From Cenarchaeum sp. (GTDB lineage Archaea; Thermoproteota; Nitrososphaeria; Nitrososphaerales; Nitrosopumilaceae): a stretch of 64,000 bases of DNA. Below the pieces are notes generated by a model. That model was not told the DNA's origin. It saw only the letters and a list, made by a program, of their open reading frames with translations, and did not search any database. The stretch spans positions 512,001-576,000 of the forward strand of contig CBDESU010000002.1 of assembly GCA_965242695.1 (NCBI GenBank). Reading direction: 5' to 3'. Positions 1 through 10,445 of the stretch are shown here, piece after piece. Both the position numbers and the translations under genes were made by a program. How positions within the stretch are numbered: the stretch's first letter is position 1; every line of letters begins with the position of its first letter.

Positions 1-272
1 GACAGCACGGCCTGCCCCTCGCCGGTTATGCGGAACTCGCCGAGGACGGTGTTCTTGAGCAGGGCCGCCTTTCGAAGGTCGGTGACGCACCTTGTCACGG
101 CGATGTCGAACTTGCGCCTCGAGGTCTTGGGCGTGAGCAGGGCCCGCTCGTCCTCGCCTACGCCGAGCTCGCCGGCGACGGTTCCGATGACGTCCCGTAT
201 CGTGTGCACGCCGCCGTCCCCGATCATGCGCAGTATCGGAAGGCGCATGGCATCGCCGGGCGGAATAGGCAC
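1..272 (-). CDS. mrr: Mrr N-terminal (wHTH) domain protein, probably an Mrr-type restriction protein; runs off the left edge
   Basis: Not in the ORF track. Manual translation from GTG 272 gives MPIPPGDAMRLPILRMIGDGGVHTIRDVIGTVAGELGVGEDERALL...FDIAVTRCVTDLRKAALLKNTVLGEFRITGEGQAVL, which matches the Mrr_N pattern. TTATAC box at about 295-300. Confidence 0.75.
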   Translation of the reverse strand, partial: MPIPPGDAMRLPILRMIGDGGVHTIRDVIGTVAGELGVGEDERALLTPKTSRRKFDIAVTRCVTDLRKAALLKNTVLGEFRITGEGQAVL

Positions 273-717
273 CGCCGGGCGGGATCCGCGCGCCGTATAA
301 GGGCTTGGCAGGGCGGCGCGCCTAGCGGCGCGGGATCGGGGCCGCATCATCCGGTATGTCGATCTCGTGGAGTCGGGAGCGCACGTGGTAGACGACGTCT
401 ACCTCTTTGCGCAAGAAAGCCGGTAACAGGGGCGTCGCGGCGCGCCGTCCCCAAGCGCTCATGCCGCCGCGACGGCCCGATCCGCCCCCTACTTGCCCGG
501 TAGTGCAGTCTGCTGACATGTAAGGTCTCCGCATACATGCGGTCCGCGAAGACAAAGCGAAAGCCCTACAGATGGATCGTCTCCGCCAAAACGGCGGCCG
601 AGCCGCACGCATCGGAGAGCCGCGGCGCCGGCCCTACCTGCAGCGCGTTGGCAACGTGCCCTCCCCGTCTTGAACACGAGTGAGGGCAACCAAACTCCAC
701 AGGGACAGAATCCGCCG

Positions 718-2502
718 TCATACGCGTCGCACGCCAAGTATCTCGCACAGCGTTGTCACAAACGGATCAGGGCCTTTCGCGTACTCATTTTTTCTTCCCC
801 GGTACAGGTTCTCTAGGCGGTTCTCTTCGCGAAGCGGGTCGCGCAAATAGTACATTTTCTGTCCGTGTAGGGGCTTGCCGTCATGGCCCCCTATGACTTC
901 CGTAATTTCGCCCGCAATCCAAGTGACAAGACCCTCTAACACGTCGGCTATTTTATCCATGACGTTGGCATCGTAGTGGATCGCGTTGTAGATGATTGCA
1001 TCTACGATGGCATTTTTTGTGTCCTTATCTATTGACTCAAATATTTTGCCGGCCATGCCTATCACGTAATACTGCCCAATCTTATACTTCAACAAAAACC
1101 TAGCATTCTTAACATCTTCGGTCTCAGTGGCGGTGTCGTTCTCAATTCGCTTTTTGATGCCGACAAGCAGGTAGTCAAATACGCTAGGAATGATAAAGTC
1201 TTTGGGATCTGCGTCCTTGTAAAGGCTAGAAAATGGCTCAGCCTCGACCGGATCGTTCACATCAAACTTAAAGATCGCTGCCGCCGATAGCTGCATCGAC
1301 CAATGGGGATTTCCGGTGTATGCCAGCTTTAGCCTGGCGGCGTCTACATTTTTGATCAGATACAGCCTCTGCTTGCTTTTAGGATGTTCGGCATTACTCA
1401 GCCACTGTCCCCTTTTCCGCTCGAAGAGGAACTTGTCGTACTCGCGGAACCGCTCCTCGAGCTTCTTCAGGTACGGGTGGTCGGATTGCAGGTCCGGGCT
1501 CTTTATGACGCTCTGGTCGTTTGTGCAGTTGCTTATCTTTTCGCCAAATTCGCTATCGTTTGTTTCTGACAAGCGGATCACCAGTGCCGCGCGCGGATCA
1601 ACCCCATCCATACGGTCTATGGTCGTGATGGTCTGGCATCCGTTGACGACCTTCAAGTTGTCTATGCGCGCAATGCCGGTGTTCTTGTCATATTCAAAAC
1701 GCTTGCACACTGCACTGATGCCGTTGTTGTAGTGCCAGAGCCGTTCAGGCGTTGATTCCACAGTTTCTTTGATTTTCTTAGAAATGGAGGATTTCGCCCT
1801 CAGAGGCAATCTTGGGTTGAGTGAAAAAAGCGTCGGAATGCCGATGGACTTGCACACTTTCTTTAGCTCAAGGGCAGGCACAGTGGCAACCATCCTTTTT
1901 AATTTCGTTTTGTCGGGAGTTCCCACGAAGCACTCATCCTTGACTAGGCGCAGTTCACACGGAGGGCTTTTTGGGTTCCCCACATAGGCAATCAACTCCT
2001 TGGTTTCGATGAATTTGAATGTTATGTCCCCGAACGTGTTTTGATCTTCCAAGAGCGGTGCACGCCTTGCGGGTTCGGGCAGTCGACCTGTTGTGATAAA
2101 AAGCAAACGCGTCGCATATTTCTGCGCCAGTGCCTTTTTGTACATCACTTGCTGCTCTCGGAAGCGCAAGCTACGTTCGTCGGTGTTGAACAACAGCTTT
2201 CTTGGAATCCCGTAAAAGTCTAAGACCGCTTTCGACTCTACCTTGCCCGATTCGTGCTCGGCGAATTTTGCCTGTATAATTTCGACGGTTTTGTTCTCGT
2301 CATCTACGTGGAAGTAGTCTATTCCCCCGTCAACTCCCATGGCGCCCTCCAGCCTGTCGCTCACATCCTTGTCTTCGACCCCGAGTACGTTTGCGGCAGA
2401 CCAGTGCTGGAATGCCCGACCAAGATCGGGGTATGAGCGGTAGTCCCGTATGTGCTTCACTTCCTCCACAAGTACGCGGCGCAGCTCTGCCTCCTTGTCC
2501 AT
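718..2502 (-). CDS. AIPR family (abortive infection phage resistance) protein
   Basis: 594 aa with DGGIDY, WHYNNGISAVC, LKVVNGCQT and TNDQSVIKSPDLQS motifs typical of AIPR. Visibly lower GC than the flanks. Confidence 0.85.
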   Translation of the reverse strand: MDKEAELRRVLVEEVKHIRDYRSYPDLGRAFQHWSAANVLGVEDKDVSDRLEGAMGVDGGIDYFHVDDENKTVEIIQAKFAEHESGKVESKAVLDFYGIPRKLLFNTDERSLRFREQQVMYKKALAQKYATRLLFITTGRLPEPARRAPLLEDQNTFGDITFKFIETKELIAYVGNPKSPPCELRLVKDECFVGTPDKTKLKRMVATVPALELKKVCKSIGIPTLFSLNPRLPLRAKSSISKKIKETVESTPERLWHYNNGISAVCKRFEYDKNTGIARIDNLKVVNGCQTITTIDRMDGVDPRAALVIRLSETNDSEFGEKISNCTNDQSVIKSPDLQSDHPYLKKLEERFREYDKFLFERKRGQWLSNAEHPKSKQRLYLIKNVDAARLKLAYTGNPHWSMQLSAAAIFKFDVNDPVEAEPFSSLYKDADPKDFIIPSVFDYLLVGIKKRIENDTATETEDVKNARFLLKYKIGQYYVIGMAGKIFESIDKDTKNAIVDAIIYNAIHYDANVMDKIADVLEGLVTWIAGEITEVIGGHDGKPLHGQKMYYLRDPLREENRLENLYRGRKNEYAKGPDPFVTTLCEILGVRRV

Positions 2503-2815
2503 TCAGCGAGCCCGACTCCTTGGCGTATATCAACATGCCCGTATGCGTGCGCATGCATTACTGTCGGTACATTTGAATGGCATTTGACGTTGCACGGTGC
2601 GGCGGACGAGGTTAGAATGTGCGTCCAATTTCGCCTTGCGTGTGTTGATGCGCGCCGGGGGCGTGTAGCCACCGCGCGAATCTCTTGCATCATGGCATCG
2701 AGCCGGGTAAAGCTCCTTGCCTCGGTAGGCTCGTCCAACGCTTTGAGCGCAAGCGCTCGCACGCCTCAGGGCTTGCCAGGAGGAGCAATTCGCACCTGGC
2801 AGCCCGCGGGCCGAT

Positions 2816-3080
2816 CAGATATGCGCCGGATCCCTGCCGGCAGGAGCAGGCCGTGCATCTTCAACGTCGCTCTACAGGACATCAGGGCGCAGAGCACCGT
2901 TGCTTCGGCCGCCGAACGCGGCGCACCCCACATATTCCGCAGGACGACCTGCTCGCGCAGCAGTCTTTCGGGAGATTGCCCGCAGGCGGCACCACGAACA
3001 TAAGCAAGCCGTCTCGACGCTGGCGAGCCTAGCCGTGAACTCGGGCAGAGGGATCGCCACGGTGCGCGGCAACGATCATT
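2816..3080 (-). pseudogene. IS66-like transposase 3' remnant
   Basis: ERLLREQVVLRNMWGAPRSAAEATVLCALMSCRATLKMHGL aligns with EKLLREPVVLRKIRGALRSVAGAMAFCALMSCSATWKMHGL at about 27270-27420. Nucleotide similarity is visible. Confidence 0.8.
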
Positions 3081-3753
3081 TCTAATAACGCGAAGGGTTT
3101 TTGCAATGCACACACCGCATATCGGGCATCCGATGGCTGATTTTAGGGGTCGGGCAGATCGCATCCGTAGCCGCCTCGGCTTTTCACTGCAAGGGCATTG
3201 TGACGCGACTGTGGCTGCCCTGCAACTCCAACATAGGCACAGGCGATCAACTGCCACGTGACCGACGGGTCGCGCGTGTGCGCGTAGGACAGCATGGTCA
3301 CATCTCCCGTCGTGCTAACTTGTCAGCAGGGATTGAAGCCGCTCCGTCAATTGCCTCGCCACGTTCATGCCTGCCGCCCTGTATGTATGCGAATGGGGAG
3401 TGCAACGGCCGCACCCGTCAATACTGTAACCATAATGGGAACAAGTATGCACAATCGTGTTCCTGTGTACGCATCTCTCACTCCACTCTGGATTGTCGAT
3501 AGATCCACAATCGGTGACATCTGTTGTGATTCCGGCAGCGTCTAGGACATGGGGGGCGATGAAAAAGAATCCGATCGCGGCGCCGGCGGCAAAGGCGCCC
3601 TTACCAATCGACTCATGTCCGGTCACTGCAAGGATCCTCTCAGGGGTTATAAACACACAGAACCGCGACACGTGGCATCGCCTGCCGGCCGCCCCGGACG
3701 CATCGCCGACTCTGCATCCGCGCATCCTCCCGTGCGGGCGGCAGTGCGGCGGC

Positions 3754-5205
3754 CTACGGGCCGCTGCGGCGCCAGAACCCCGTGCGCGGCCTGTCGGACT
3801 CCGGCGATCCCGCCGCGGCCACGGCCGCCCTGCCCAGCAGCAGCGTGAGGGTCGCCTCAAACTCGCGCGACATGTCCAATGTGCCGCTAGCCGCGTGGGC
3901 CGCCTCGTGCAGGAGCGTGCCCGCGTACTCTTCTGCGCTCGACAGCGCGTCCCTCTTGATGACGATCCAGCCCCTGCCCGGATCCCACACGCCGGCGGTG
4001 CAGTCGGTGGCTAGCATCCTCATGGTCTCCGATATTCGCACCGGTATGTCGCCCATCCCAAGCCTGGCCGTTGCCAGTATGCGGGGCGTCATGTCGTAGA
4101 CGGCGCGCTCGGCATCGGTGAGGTCCCCGGCCTCTACGAACTTGTACTCGAAGCTCTTGTTGTACTCCTCCCTGTAGACGCCCAGGTCCCGCACCTCGTT
4201 CCCCGACGCGTCCGTCGCGCCGCTGATCTTGTCCCGGACGGCCTCTGGCACCACCGTGACCGTCATGCCGTCCCGCTTCGCCTGGTCTACCGCCTCGGCA
4301 TTGTTCTCAAGCTGCGCCGGGGTGACAAACACCGTGCGCGTCGACTCGTTGTGTATCTTGCAGGCGTGGGTCGATACGTCGACCCACTTCATCTCGTCCG
4401 GCTGCGTGCCGCTTCCGTACCCGTCCAGCGTGCCGGCGAGCCGCCTTGCGACGTCCTTGTCCGTGCTGGCCAGCAGTATGTCCTTGACCCTGCCCGTGTA
4501 CGCGGTCCGCCCGACGTTGGTTCGCTCGCGGTTGAGCGCCTTGCGCATCGTTCCTGTCAGCGACGTAATGTTGTACGAGAACAGAAAGTTGTCCTCCTCG
4601 GCGGCCGCGACCCCGTTCACGTATATGCGCGCCGGCCCGCCTGCCGCGCGCTCGAGTATGTCGCCGTACTGCGTGCGGTCAAGGGCGGTCTCGCCGCTGA
4701 ACTTGAGGAACAGCCGCCTTGCCCTGTCCATGTCGCCGCCGGTGCAGCCGTCAAGGACGACCAGGGTGCCCTCAAGCGCGGGGTCGGACGGCGGGGCCAC
4801 GGAGGCGTGGAGCGTGACAACATCGTCAAAGCCGTGCTTTGACGACTTTGTTATGGTGATGTCCCCGTGCCTCGACCTGAGTGCGACGCCGATATGGTGG
4901 CGATCGAACGTCGCCAGGGCGTCCTTGAGGCCCACGCCGAACTTGCCTATGACCCTGCCCGGGTTGGCCAGCTTTTCCTCGTTCTCGTTCTGGGTAAGGT
5001 GCGCGTACCGTATGCCTCGCCCGTAGTCGCGGATCTCAAAGTGCGTGCCGCCGCCAGTGATCGCGATGTCCGGCGTACCCGTCAGCACCTGCTCGTCGAG
5101 TGCGTTGGCGATGACCTCCCTGATCGCGTGGTAGACCTCCCAGTCGTCCAGCACCGTCTCGACGTTCAGGTCGAACCGCCTTGGTGTAGTGCCTTCCATC
5201 GCCAT
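3754..5205 (-). CDS. GHKL (HATPase) ATP-binding protein with a C-terminal zincin HEXXH motif
   Basis: AIREVIANALDE (N box), IRDYGRG (G1), GKFGVGLK (G2), and C-terminal LLHEAAH. Confidence 0.75.
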   Translation of the reverse strand: MAMEGTTPRRFDLNVETVLDDWEVYHAIREVIANALDEQVLTGTPDIAITGGGTHFEIRDYGRGIRYAHLTQNENEEKLANPGRVIGKFGVGLKDALATFDRHHIGVALRSRHGDITITKSSKHGFDDVVTLHASVAPPSDPALEGTLVVLDGCTGGDMDRARRLFLKFSGETALDRTQYGDILERAAGGPARIYVNGVAAAEEDNFLFSYNITSLTGTMRKALNRERTNVGRTAYTGRVKDILLASTDKDVARRLAGTLDGYGSGTQPDEMKWVDVSTHACKIHNESTRTVFVTPAQLENNAEAVDQAKRDGMTVTVVPEAVRDKISGATDASGNEVRDLGVYREEYNKSFEYKFVEAGDLTDAERAVYDMTPRILATARLGMGDIPVRISETMRMLATDCTAGVWDPGRGWIVIKRDALSSAEEYAGTLLHEAAHAASGTLDMSREFEATLTLLLGRAAVAAAGSPESDRPRTGFWRRSGP

Positions 5206-5218
5206 TCGCCCCGCAGCG

Positions 5219-5581
5219 CTAGTACGAACCGAGCTTGCGGCAGATTGCGATCGCGGCGGGCGCCGCGGCGCCGATCACGGCAAGCGTCACGAAAGCCATG
5301 GTGCGCGCTTCAGTGGCCTTGAGAGTGATCTCTGTCGCGTCCAGGACGGCGGCCCCCACTCCGCATTCGACCGACGGCTGATCGTCACTGCACAGATCCG
5401 CTCTTGCCGCGTTGATCGCAGGGCCGACCTCGTCCGACGGAGCGGCGGCCTTGCCTATGGCCCACTTGCCGACAGTCTTGGCGTCGCCATCGTCGGCATG
5501 CGCGTGCGTCCCAGCCATGAACGGGGACGCGGCGGCTAGGCCAAGTACGGCAAGGATGCCCGCCGTGGTGGTGTTCATCAA
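5219..5581 (-). CDS. Small signal-peptide/membrane-anchored hypothetical protein
   Basis: Hydrophobic N- and C-termini. TTTAATTA box at about 5601-5608. Ends 13 nt before the GHKL gene. Confidence 0.55.
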   Translation of the reverse strand: MMNTTTAGILAVLGLAAASPFMAGTHAHADDGDAKTVGKWAIGKAAAPSDEVGPAINAARADLCSDDQPSVECGVGAAVLDATEITLKATEARTMAFVTLAVIGAAAPAAIAICRKLGSY

Positions 5582-5858
5582 CGGCAGTCAACCCGGGGGG
5601 TAATTAAAGGCCGCGTGCAGCTTGCCCGCAAGTATGAGGCGGCCTAGCGGCCTAGAGGCGCACGCTCGAGTCGCCGGGTGCGATCACCTCGTCGATGACG
5701 CCGGTGGCGCTCCGTTCCTTCGTCCGACAGCACGGAGGCCCGCAGGCATCCCTCCGCAGGGTTGGGAACCTGCGGCCCGATCGCCCTGCAAGATGCCCCT
5801 GCATGGTAAGCGCCATGCTGCATGTGTGGTCGCCTCGGCATCCGTCATGCCGCGCCCT

Positions 5859-5966
5859 GCCGCCTCGGGTGTCGCCCCCGATCGCCGCTATCGCTCCGCA
5901 TTGCATTGCAACGCCGCCGGCTGGTATTTAGCCGCCTCGGGTGTCGCCCCCGATCGCCGCTATCGC
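5859..5966. repeat. Two identical 36-bp direct repeats separated by 36 bp
   Basis: gccgcctcgggtgtcgcccccgatcgccgctatcgc at 5859-5894 and 5931-5966. Confidence 0.85.
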
Positions 5967-6164
5967 CCCGTCGGCGGACGCCGGTCTAGCGAAGGGAGGG
6001 CGCGGCCCCACCGCGCGCACGCCGTCAGAGTGCCCCGGCCGGATTCAAGGGCGCGGCTTGGCGGTGCTGCATCGGCACGGCCCGCCGGCGCGCCGCACTA
6101 CCGCTGCGGCGCACCGTGAGCCGCAACAGCCAAGGCATAAAGGGCAGGGTTCCGGCCGCCTCCC

Positions 6165-7070
6165 GTGCAGGACGGCGAAGAGGGCGCAAAGGACTACGCC
6201 GACATGTTCAACAGGTTCTTCAGGGATGCTAGGCTGTCGAGCACGTACAAGCCGGTCCTCGTGGCAGCGCTCGTCGACATCAGCGGCGGGGGCGCGGGGG
6301 CGCCGCCGCCGGCCCGGGGAGAGTGGGCGCGCCGCGAGGGGGACCGCATGCGCGTGGACCTCAACCTCGTGGCGGCGCTGTTTGCAAGGTTCTACTGGGA
6401 CATGGCCGCCGGACTGGGATCGAGGCACATGCCGCCGCGCATGGCCGATCCCGACGATCCCGACAAGGACGTGGTCATCGCAAGGCTGATCAAGGAAGAG
6501 ATGGAAAAGGAAAAGAGGAGGGATGCGTACAGAGACATGGCCGACGCCGACGGGGACCTTGCGGGAGGAGGGGCCGAGGAGCCCCGCAGCCGCGGCAGGG
6601 GCTCCCACGCCGGCGGCAGGCCGCCGACGCTGAAGGAGCTCGCCTCGGACGAGAAGGCGGAGTTCAGGAAAAGGGTCATCGACGATGCGATCAAGCCCGA
6701 GGCCCTCAAGCACCTGCTTACCGACATGGGGGACCTCTATACGATATGCCCCGACGAGGACGCCATATTGCTTGACGCGGGGGCCGCCGCACACATGGAG
6801 CGCAACGCCGCGACGATCAGGGCGGCGCTGGGCCACATGATCGTCAAGCGCCTAGAGGCGACCAACCCGTCGGCCCGGCACTTGGCCACCATGGCGGACC
6901 TGAGCGCCGAGTACGCCGCCAAGATTGCAAGGGTAAGGAAGCAGGAGGCCGGGGAGGAGGCGCCGCATGCGCCGCAACAGGACGACATCAGCCCGCTCTA
7001 CACGATGTCGCTCGATCTTGCCGCAGGCCTGGCCAGGCTGTCCAGGCCGAAGGAACAGGGGCAGCGGTAG
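6165..7070 (+). CDS. Protein resembling the N-terminal region of HNH restriction-type nucleases; no HNH domain visible
   Basis: SSTYKPVLVAALVD and FARFYWD pattern. No CxxC/HNH motif at the C-terminus. CATAAA box at about 6136. Confidence 0.55.
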   Translation: MQDGEEGAKDYADMFNRFFRDARLSSTYKPVLVAALVDISGGGAGAPPPARGEWARREGDRMRVDLNLVAALFARFYWDMAAGLGSRHMPPRMADPDDPDKDVVIARLIKEEMEKEKRRDAYRDMADADGDLAGGGAEEPRSRGRGSHAGGRPPTLKELASDEKAEFRKRVIDDAIKPEALKHLLTDMGDLYTICPDEDAILLDAGAAAHMERNAATIRAALGHMIVKRLEATNPSARHLATMADLSAEYAAKIARVRKQEAGEEAPHAPQQDDISPLYTMSLDLAAGLARLSRPKEQGQR

Positions 7071-7153
7071 CGGGGGCCAGAAGGGCGGCGGCGACGCCAA
7101 TGGCGGGGCATAGTGGCCGACGGTGGATCCGGAACGATCGGCGCAAGGTGCGC

Positions 7154-7462
7154 CTATATTTTTACTATTCGAAAGCTGGTGTTCTTGTGCCTGTCGGCGT
7201 AGCCCCTGAACACCATGTGCTGTGCGCGATCTGCATCGTATGACTCCGCCGTTTCTACCTCGATTATCCTCGTTGACCCTCCCTTTTTGGCTATGATGTC
7301 GGGGCGCCTACGATTGCCGCCGTTGCGATCGCAGAGGGCGTCAGGGCTGGGATAGCCCGGCACGTCGGCGCTTACGCTGTAGCCGTCGCCGGCCAGCCTG
7401 TCGGCGATGCGCTTTACCTCCCTGTCGTGCCTAGACTGGCCTGATGCGCTACGCTTGGCCAT
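7154..7462 (-). CDS. Small PD-(D/E)xK nuclease-fold protein (copy 1)
   Basis: RRPDIIAKKGGSTRIIEVET. Paralog of 10446-10751. Start overlaps the upstream stop (TGATG). Confidence 0.75.
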   Translation of the reverse strand: MAKRSASGQSRHDREVKRIADRLAGDGYSVSADVPGYPSPDALCDRNGGNRRRPDIIAKKGGSTRIIEVETAESYDADRAQHMVFRGYADRHKNTSFRIVKI

Positions 7463-7767
7463 CAGGATTCACCACACGGCGGGGATTCCGAGAGCCTCAC
7501 CTGGCCTTCTATCGCTCTCCTGTAGTCGTCGTCAGAGTCGCCCGTGTACAGGACGGCGAATGCGCGCCGGCCTTCAGTGTTCTGCTCCCAGCACTGCTCG
7601 CGGTCGTGGTCGGCTATCCTCGTGGCCACCTTGCCGGACTCGCCGACATCGATGCAGCTGCGTGGCGTCCCATCACTGTTCATATCCAAGACGACGTAAA
7701 CGCCCGGCAGGTCGGCAAGTTCGTACTCGTCGTACGGGCCTTCAAAGTCATAACCGCCTATTTCCAA
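7462..7767 (-). CDS. Small GIY-YIG-like nuclease (copy 1)
   Basis: From TTG 7767: PGVYVVLD...IDVGESGKVATRIADH...IE...PPCG. CTTAAATATA box at 7791-7800. Confidence 0.75.
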   Translation of the reverse strand: MEIGGYDFEGPYDEYELADLPGVYVVLDMNSDGTPRSCIDVGESGKVATRIADHDREQCWEQNTEGRRAFAVLYTGDSDDDYRRAIEGQVRLSESPPCGES

Positions 7768-8236
7768 CTTGAGGGGCGGGCTCCAGGAAGTATATTTAAG
7801 CCTGCTGATCGGCGATATGACGCCTACGATCGCGCATAGCATGCCCAAAAGTAGGGGATCTCCGACGCGCCGGCCATCCCCATTGGGCGTGAAGTGCAGG
7901 GAGCTCGCATTCCGTCCGCACCGCCGTGCCGTGCCCGCAGGCGCGGCAACGGGGATGAGTATCGCATACGTGGGGAGAGAACGCCTCCTGCCAGGCGCAC
8001 CAACCCCGTCCACCCTACCCCATGCACTCCCTCTGAGATGCCTCCAAGGGCCTCTACACGGGGCTCCTCACGCCAGCGGGGAATCGCGCTGCAGTCTGGC
8101 GCCGGCGAGTCCCAGACGACTGGCGACGCCATGTTCGTGCCGCATCCGGGTGGCGGCGAGATCCCGACGCATGGCGGGTCGGCAGGCGCGGCAGGTGGCG
8201 GCCCGGCCGCGATCGCGCGGGTCACAGCATTTGCGG

Positions 8237-8800
8237 CTAGGATAGGATGGCGGCCACAACTACGATAAGAGTAAGTACGATAGACGAAGCAAAGGAAATT
8301 TGTGCATACCTTAGCCGCCGCGCTTTTTCCTTGTTTGTCTCCTCCAGCTTGACAAGGGCCCGCGCATATTCAGCGATCCTCGACTTGTAAAAGCCCTCTT
8401 CGCTTTGGACCAAGGCCGCATACGTCTTCTCGTCAAGCTCGTCGCAGCACAGCAGGCGCTTCCCCACAATCGTCACAGGGTGCGACGACACCCTATCAAC
8501 AAACACGCAGAACACGATCGCTAGGAGGAGTCCGGTCACAGGGACAACCGCCATATACGAAACATATGACTCCAAAACAAGACGGCCCGCTTCATGCGCC
8601 ATCGCTGCAGTGACAATCAGGGCTGCCACTAGCGCAGATGCGACCATGCAGTTTTGCGCCTTTTTCTCCAGGTTTTCGTTTGCCCTGTCGTGAATGTGGT
8701 ACTGGCCCTTGACCTCCTCATAGACCTGTCTTGACGCTTGTGGCGTACCTTGTTCGTCGCCCCCTGCCGCTCCCTCGGGCCCCTGCTCCCCTCCGCTCAC
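8237..8800 (-). CDS. Three-TM membrane protein; topology reminiscent of membrane effectors
   Basis: Three hydrophobic segments with a charged helical linker (NKEKARRLRYAQ). TTAATATAA box at 8821-8829 favours GTG 8800. Confidence 0.6.
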   Translation of the reverse strand: MSGGEQGPEGAAGGDEQGTPQASRQVYEEVKGQYHIHDRANENLEKKAQNCMVASALVAALIVTAAMAHEAGRLVLESYVSYMAVVPVTGLLLAIVFCVFVDRVSSHPVTIVGKRLLCCDELDEKTYAALVQSEEGFYKSRIAEYARALVKLEETNKEKARRLRYAQISFASSIVLTLIVVVAAILS

Positions 8801-9414
8801 GAGGCCAGGCCACAACCCACTTATATTAATCACAGGGTGTCCGGCAGTGGCAGAGGGCGAGAAGCGGAGGCGAGAGCAGCCAACACTTGGCGGCGTGATC
8901 AAAAAGGTAAAGCACACTGAGTCTGGCGGTGGCGGCGGGCAAAAATAGGCTAAAGCCTCTTATAGCGGTAGTGGACAAAGCCGTCCAAATGGGTGATGAT
9001 GAAAAACCCAAGCAAGTCACAACTCGACTTAGCGGGGAAATTAAGAAGGCACTGACCGCGTCCGACGAGAGCGACAAAGAGTAGACGCGGGCAGGGCCGA
9101 AGAGCGGCGGCGTGCAGGGAGACTGTGCCCACTGTGTAGCCCAAGCGTCCCTAGCCCTCTGCTGAAAAGCCGGCGTCCGGTCGTTGCGAACCATGGCAAC
9201 GGCGGTCCGGTGGAGCAGGGCAAGCGGCCACTGCCGGCTCTTGCCGACGCCCACGCGCAGTGCCGCTAGCCTGCCGGCCTTGCTCCCCGCACGCTGATCG
9301 ACGGGCCAAAAAGTCCCGCAGCCTCTGGCCTCGCGGCAGCAGCCGCATGGGATGCTTGCGCCAGCGCGCGGCCGCAGCCTCCGGAAGAGGCAGGGCCCAA
9401 AGCCAGGGCCCTCC

Positions 9415-9960
9415 CTAGCCGTAGAGCTCGATGGCCGCCCTGCAGTCCAGCTCCATGCGGGCGGCAAAGGAGCGGGCGTGGTGCATGGACTCGTAGACAA
9501 GGCGGCTGGCGCTGGCGGCCTCCCTTGCGGCGTTTGCCACGGTCGGCGCAAGGTGCGGGGCGGCGGTGGATATGGGGCCCTTCTCCAGGTTGGCAAGCAC
9601 TTCGCTTTCGGTGGGGGCAATCCTGCGGGCGAGGGCAGTGTTCGGATCGACTTCGTCGGCAATGGCGGCAGCGGCGGCGGCGGCCGCCCTCGCCTCATCG
9701 GCGTCGGATGCTGTGCGGGCAAGCACCCCGCCGTCGCCATCCTCGTTGGACAGGGCGCGCACGGCCTTGGCAGAGTCGTCTGCAATGTCGGCGACCACCT
9801 TGGCCGCCGCCGCGACCGCATTGGCCACGCCGTCAGCCACATCGCCTGCGGAGCGGTCGCCGGCGGCCCCCCTTGCGACGGCGCGGGCGGCATCACCCGC
9901 ATGCCTGGCGATCCGGCCTGCGCGCCCGGCGCCAAAATCGTAGCCTGCTACGGGAGCCAT
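9415..9960 (-). CDS. Ala-rich helical hypothetical protein
   Basis: Coding-like composition from ATG 9960. TATA-like box at about 9984-9989. Confidence 0.5.
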   Translation of the reverse strand: MAPVAGYDFGAGRAGRIARHAGDAARAVARGAAGDRSAGDVADGVANAVAAAAKVVADIADDSAKAVRALSNEDGDGGVLARTASDADEARAAAAAAAAIADEVDPNTALARRIAPTESEVLANLEKGPISTAAPHLAPTVANAAREAASASRLVYESMHHARSFAARMELDCRAAIELYG

Positions 9961-10445
9961 CGTGCGCGGGCCGCCGCGGCGCCATATAGGTGTCCTTCGC
10001 GCAAGTCGGAATGCGGGCATCGGGCTGTACGAGGCGCCGGCCTGTCCTGCGATCGCCATCGTTCCCGCGAACGAGCGGATCCGAGCCCGGCGCGCCGCGC
10101 CCAGTGCGAGACCTGCCGGCGCGGGCGGAGGGGCCGGGGCGGGCGGGCCGCGCCTCCGGACCATTGGGCGATCCCCTGCGCGCCGCGTCTCGGCAGGCGG
10201 CGCGGCGGGCGCGGCGGGCGCGGCGGCGGGCACCGGGCAATCGGGTGCGGCGGGCGCAGTCCCGCACGGGCCGCGCGGGCATCGCTGTGCGGGCCGGATG
10301 CATAACGATGGCAATCTGCGCCCGGATGTCCTGCGGGGCGACATGTCGATGTGCCGCTTGCACCAGCTCGGAGATCTGGCGGGCGTTGATCCGCCCGCTG
10401 CGTGTCAGATGCGGATCGGCCTTTTGTCTAGGCCGCGAGGCGCCG

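Noticed and set aside
322-612. Short ORFs between mrr and AIPR
   Set aside because: No recognisable motif. Possibly a gene fragment, but unsupported.
3315-3630. Small membrane protein
   Set aside because: A TATA box and hydrophobic segments are present but fall in different frames. Too weak to call.
5859-5966. CRISPR array
   Set aside because: Only two repeats, very GC-rich, no GAAA(C/G)-like end, no leader and no cas genes. Kept only as a repeat.
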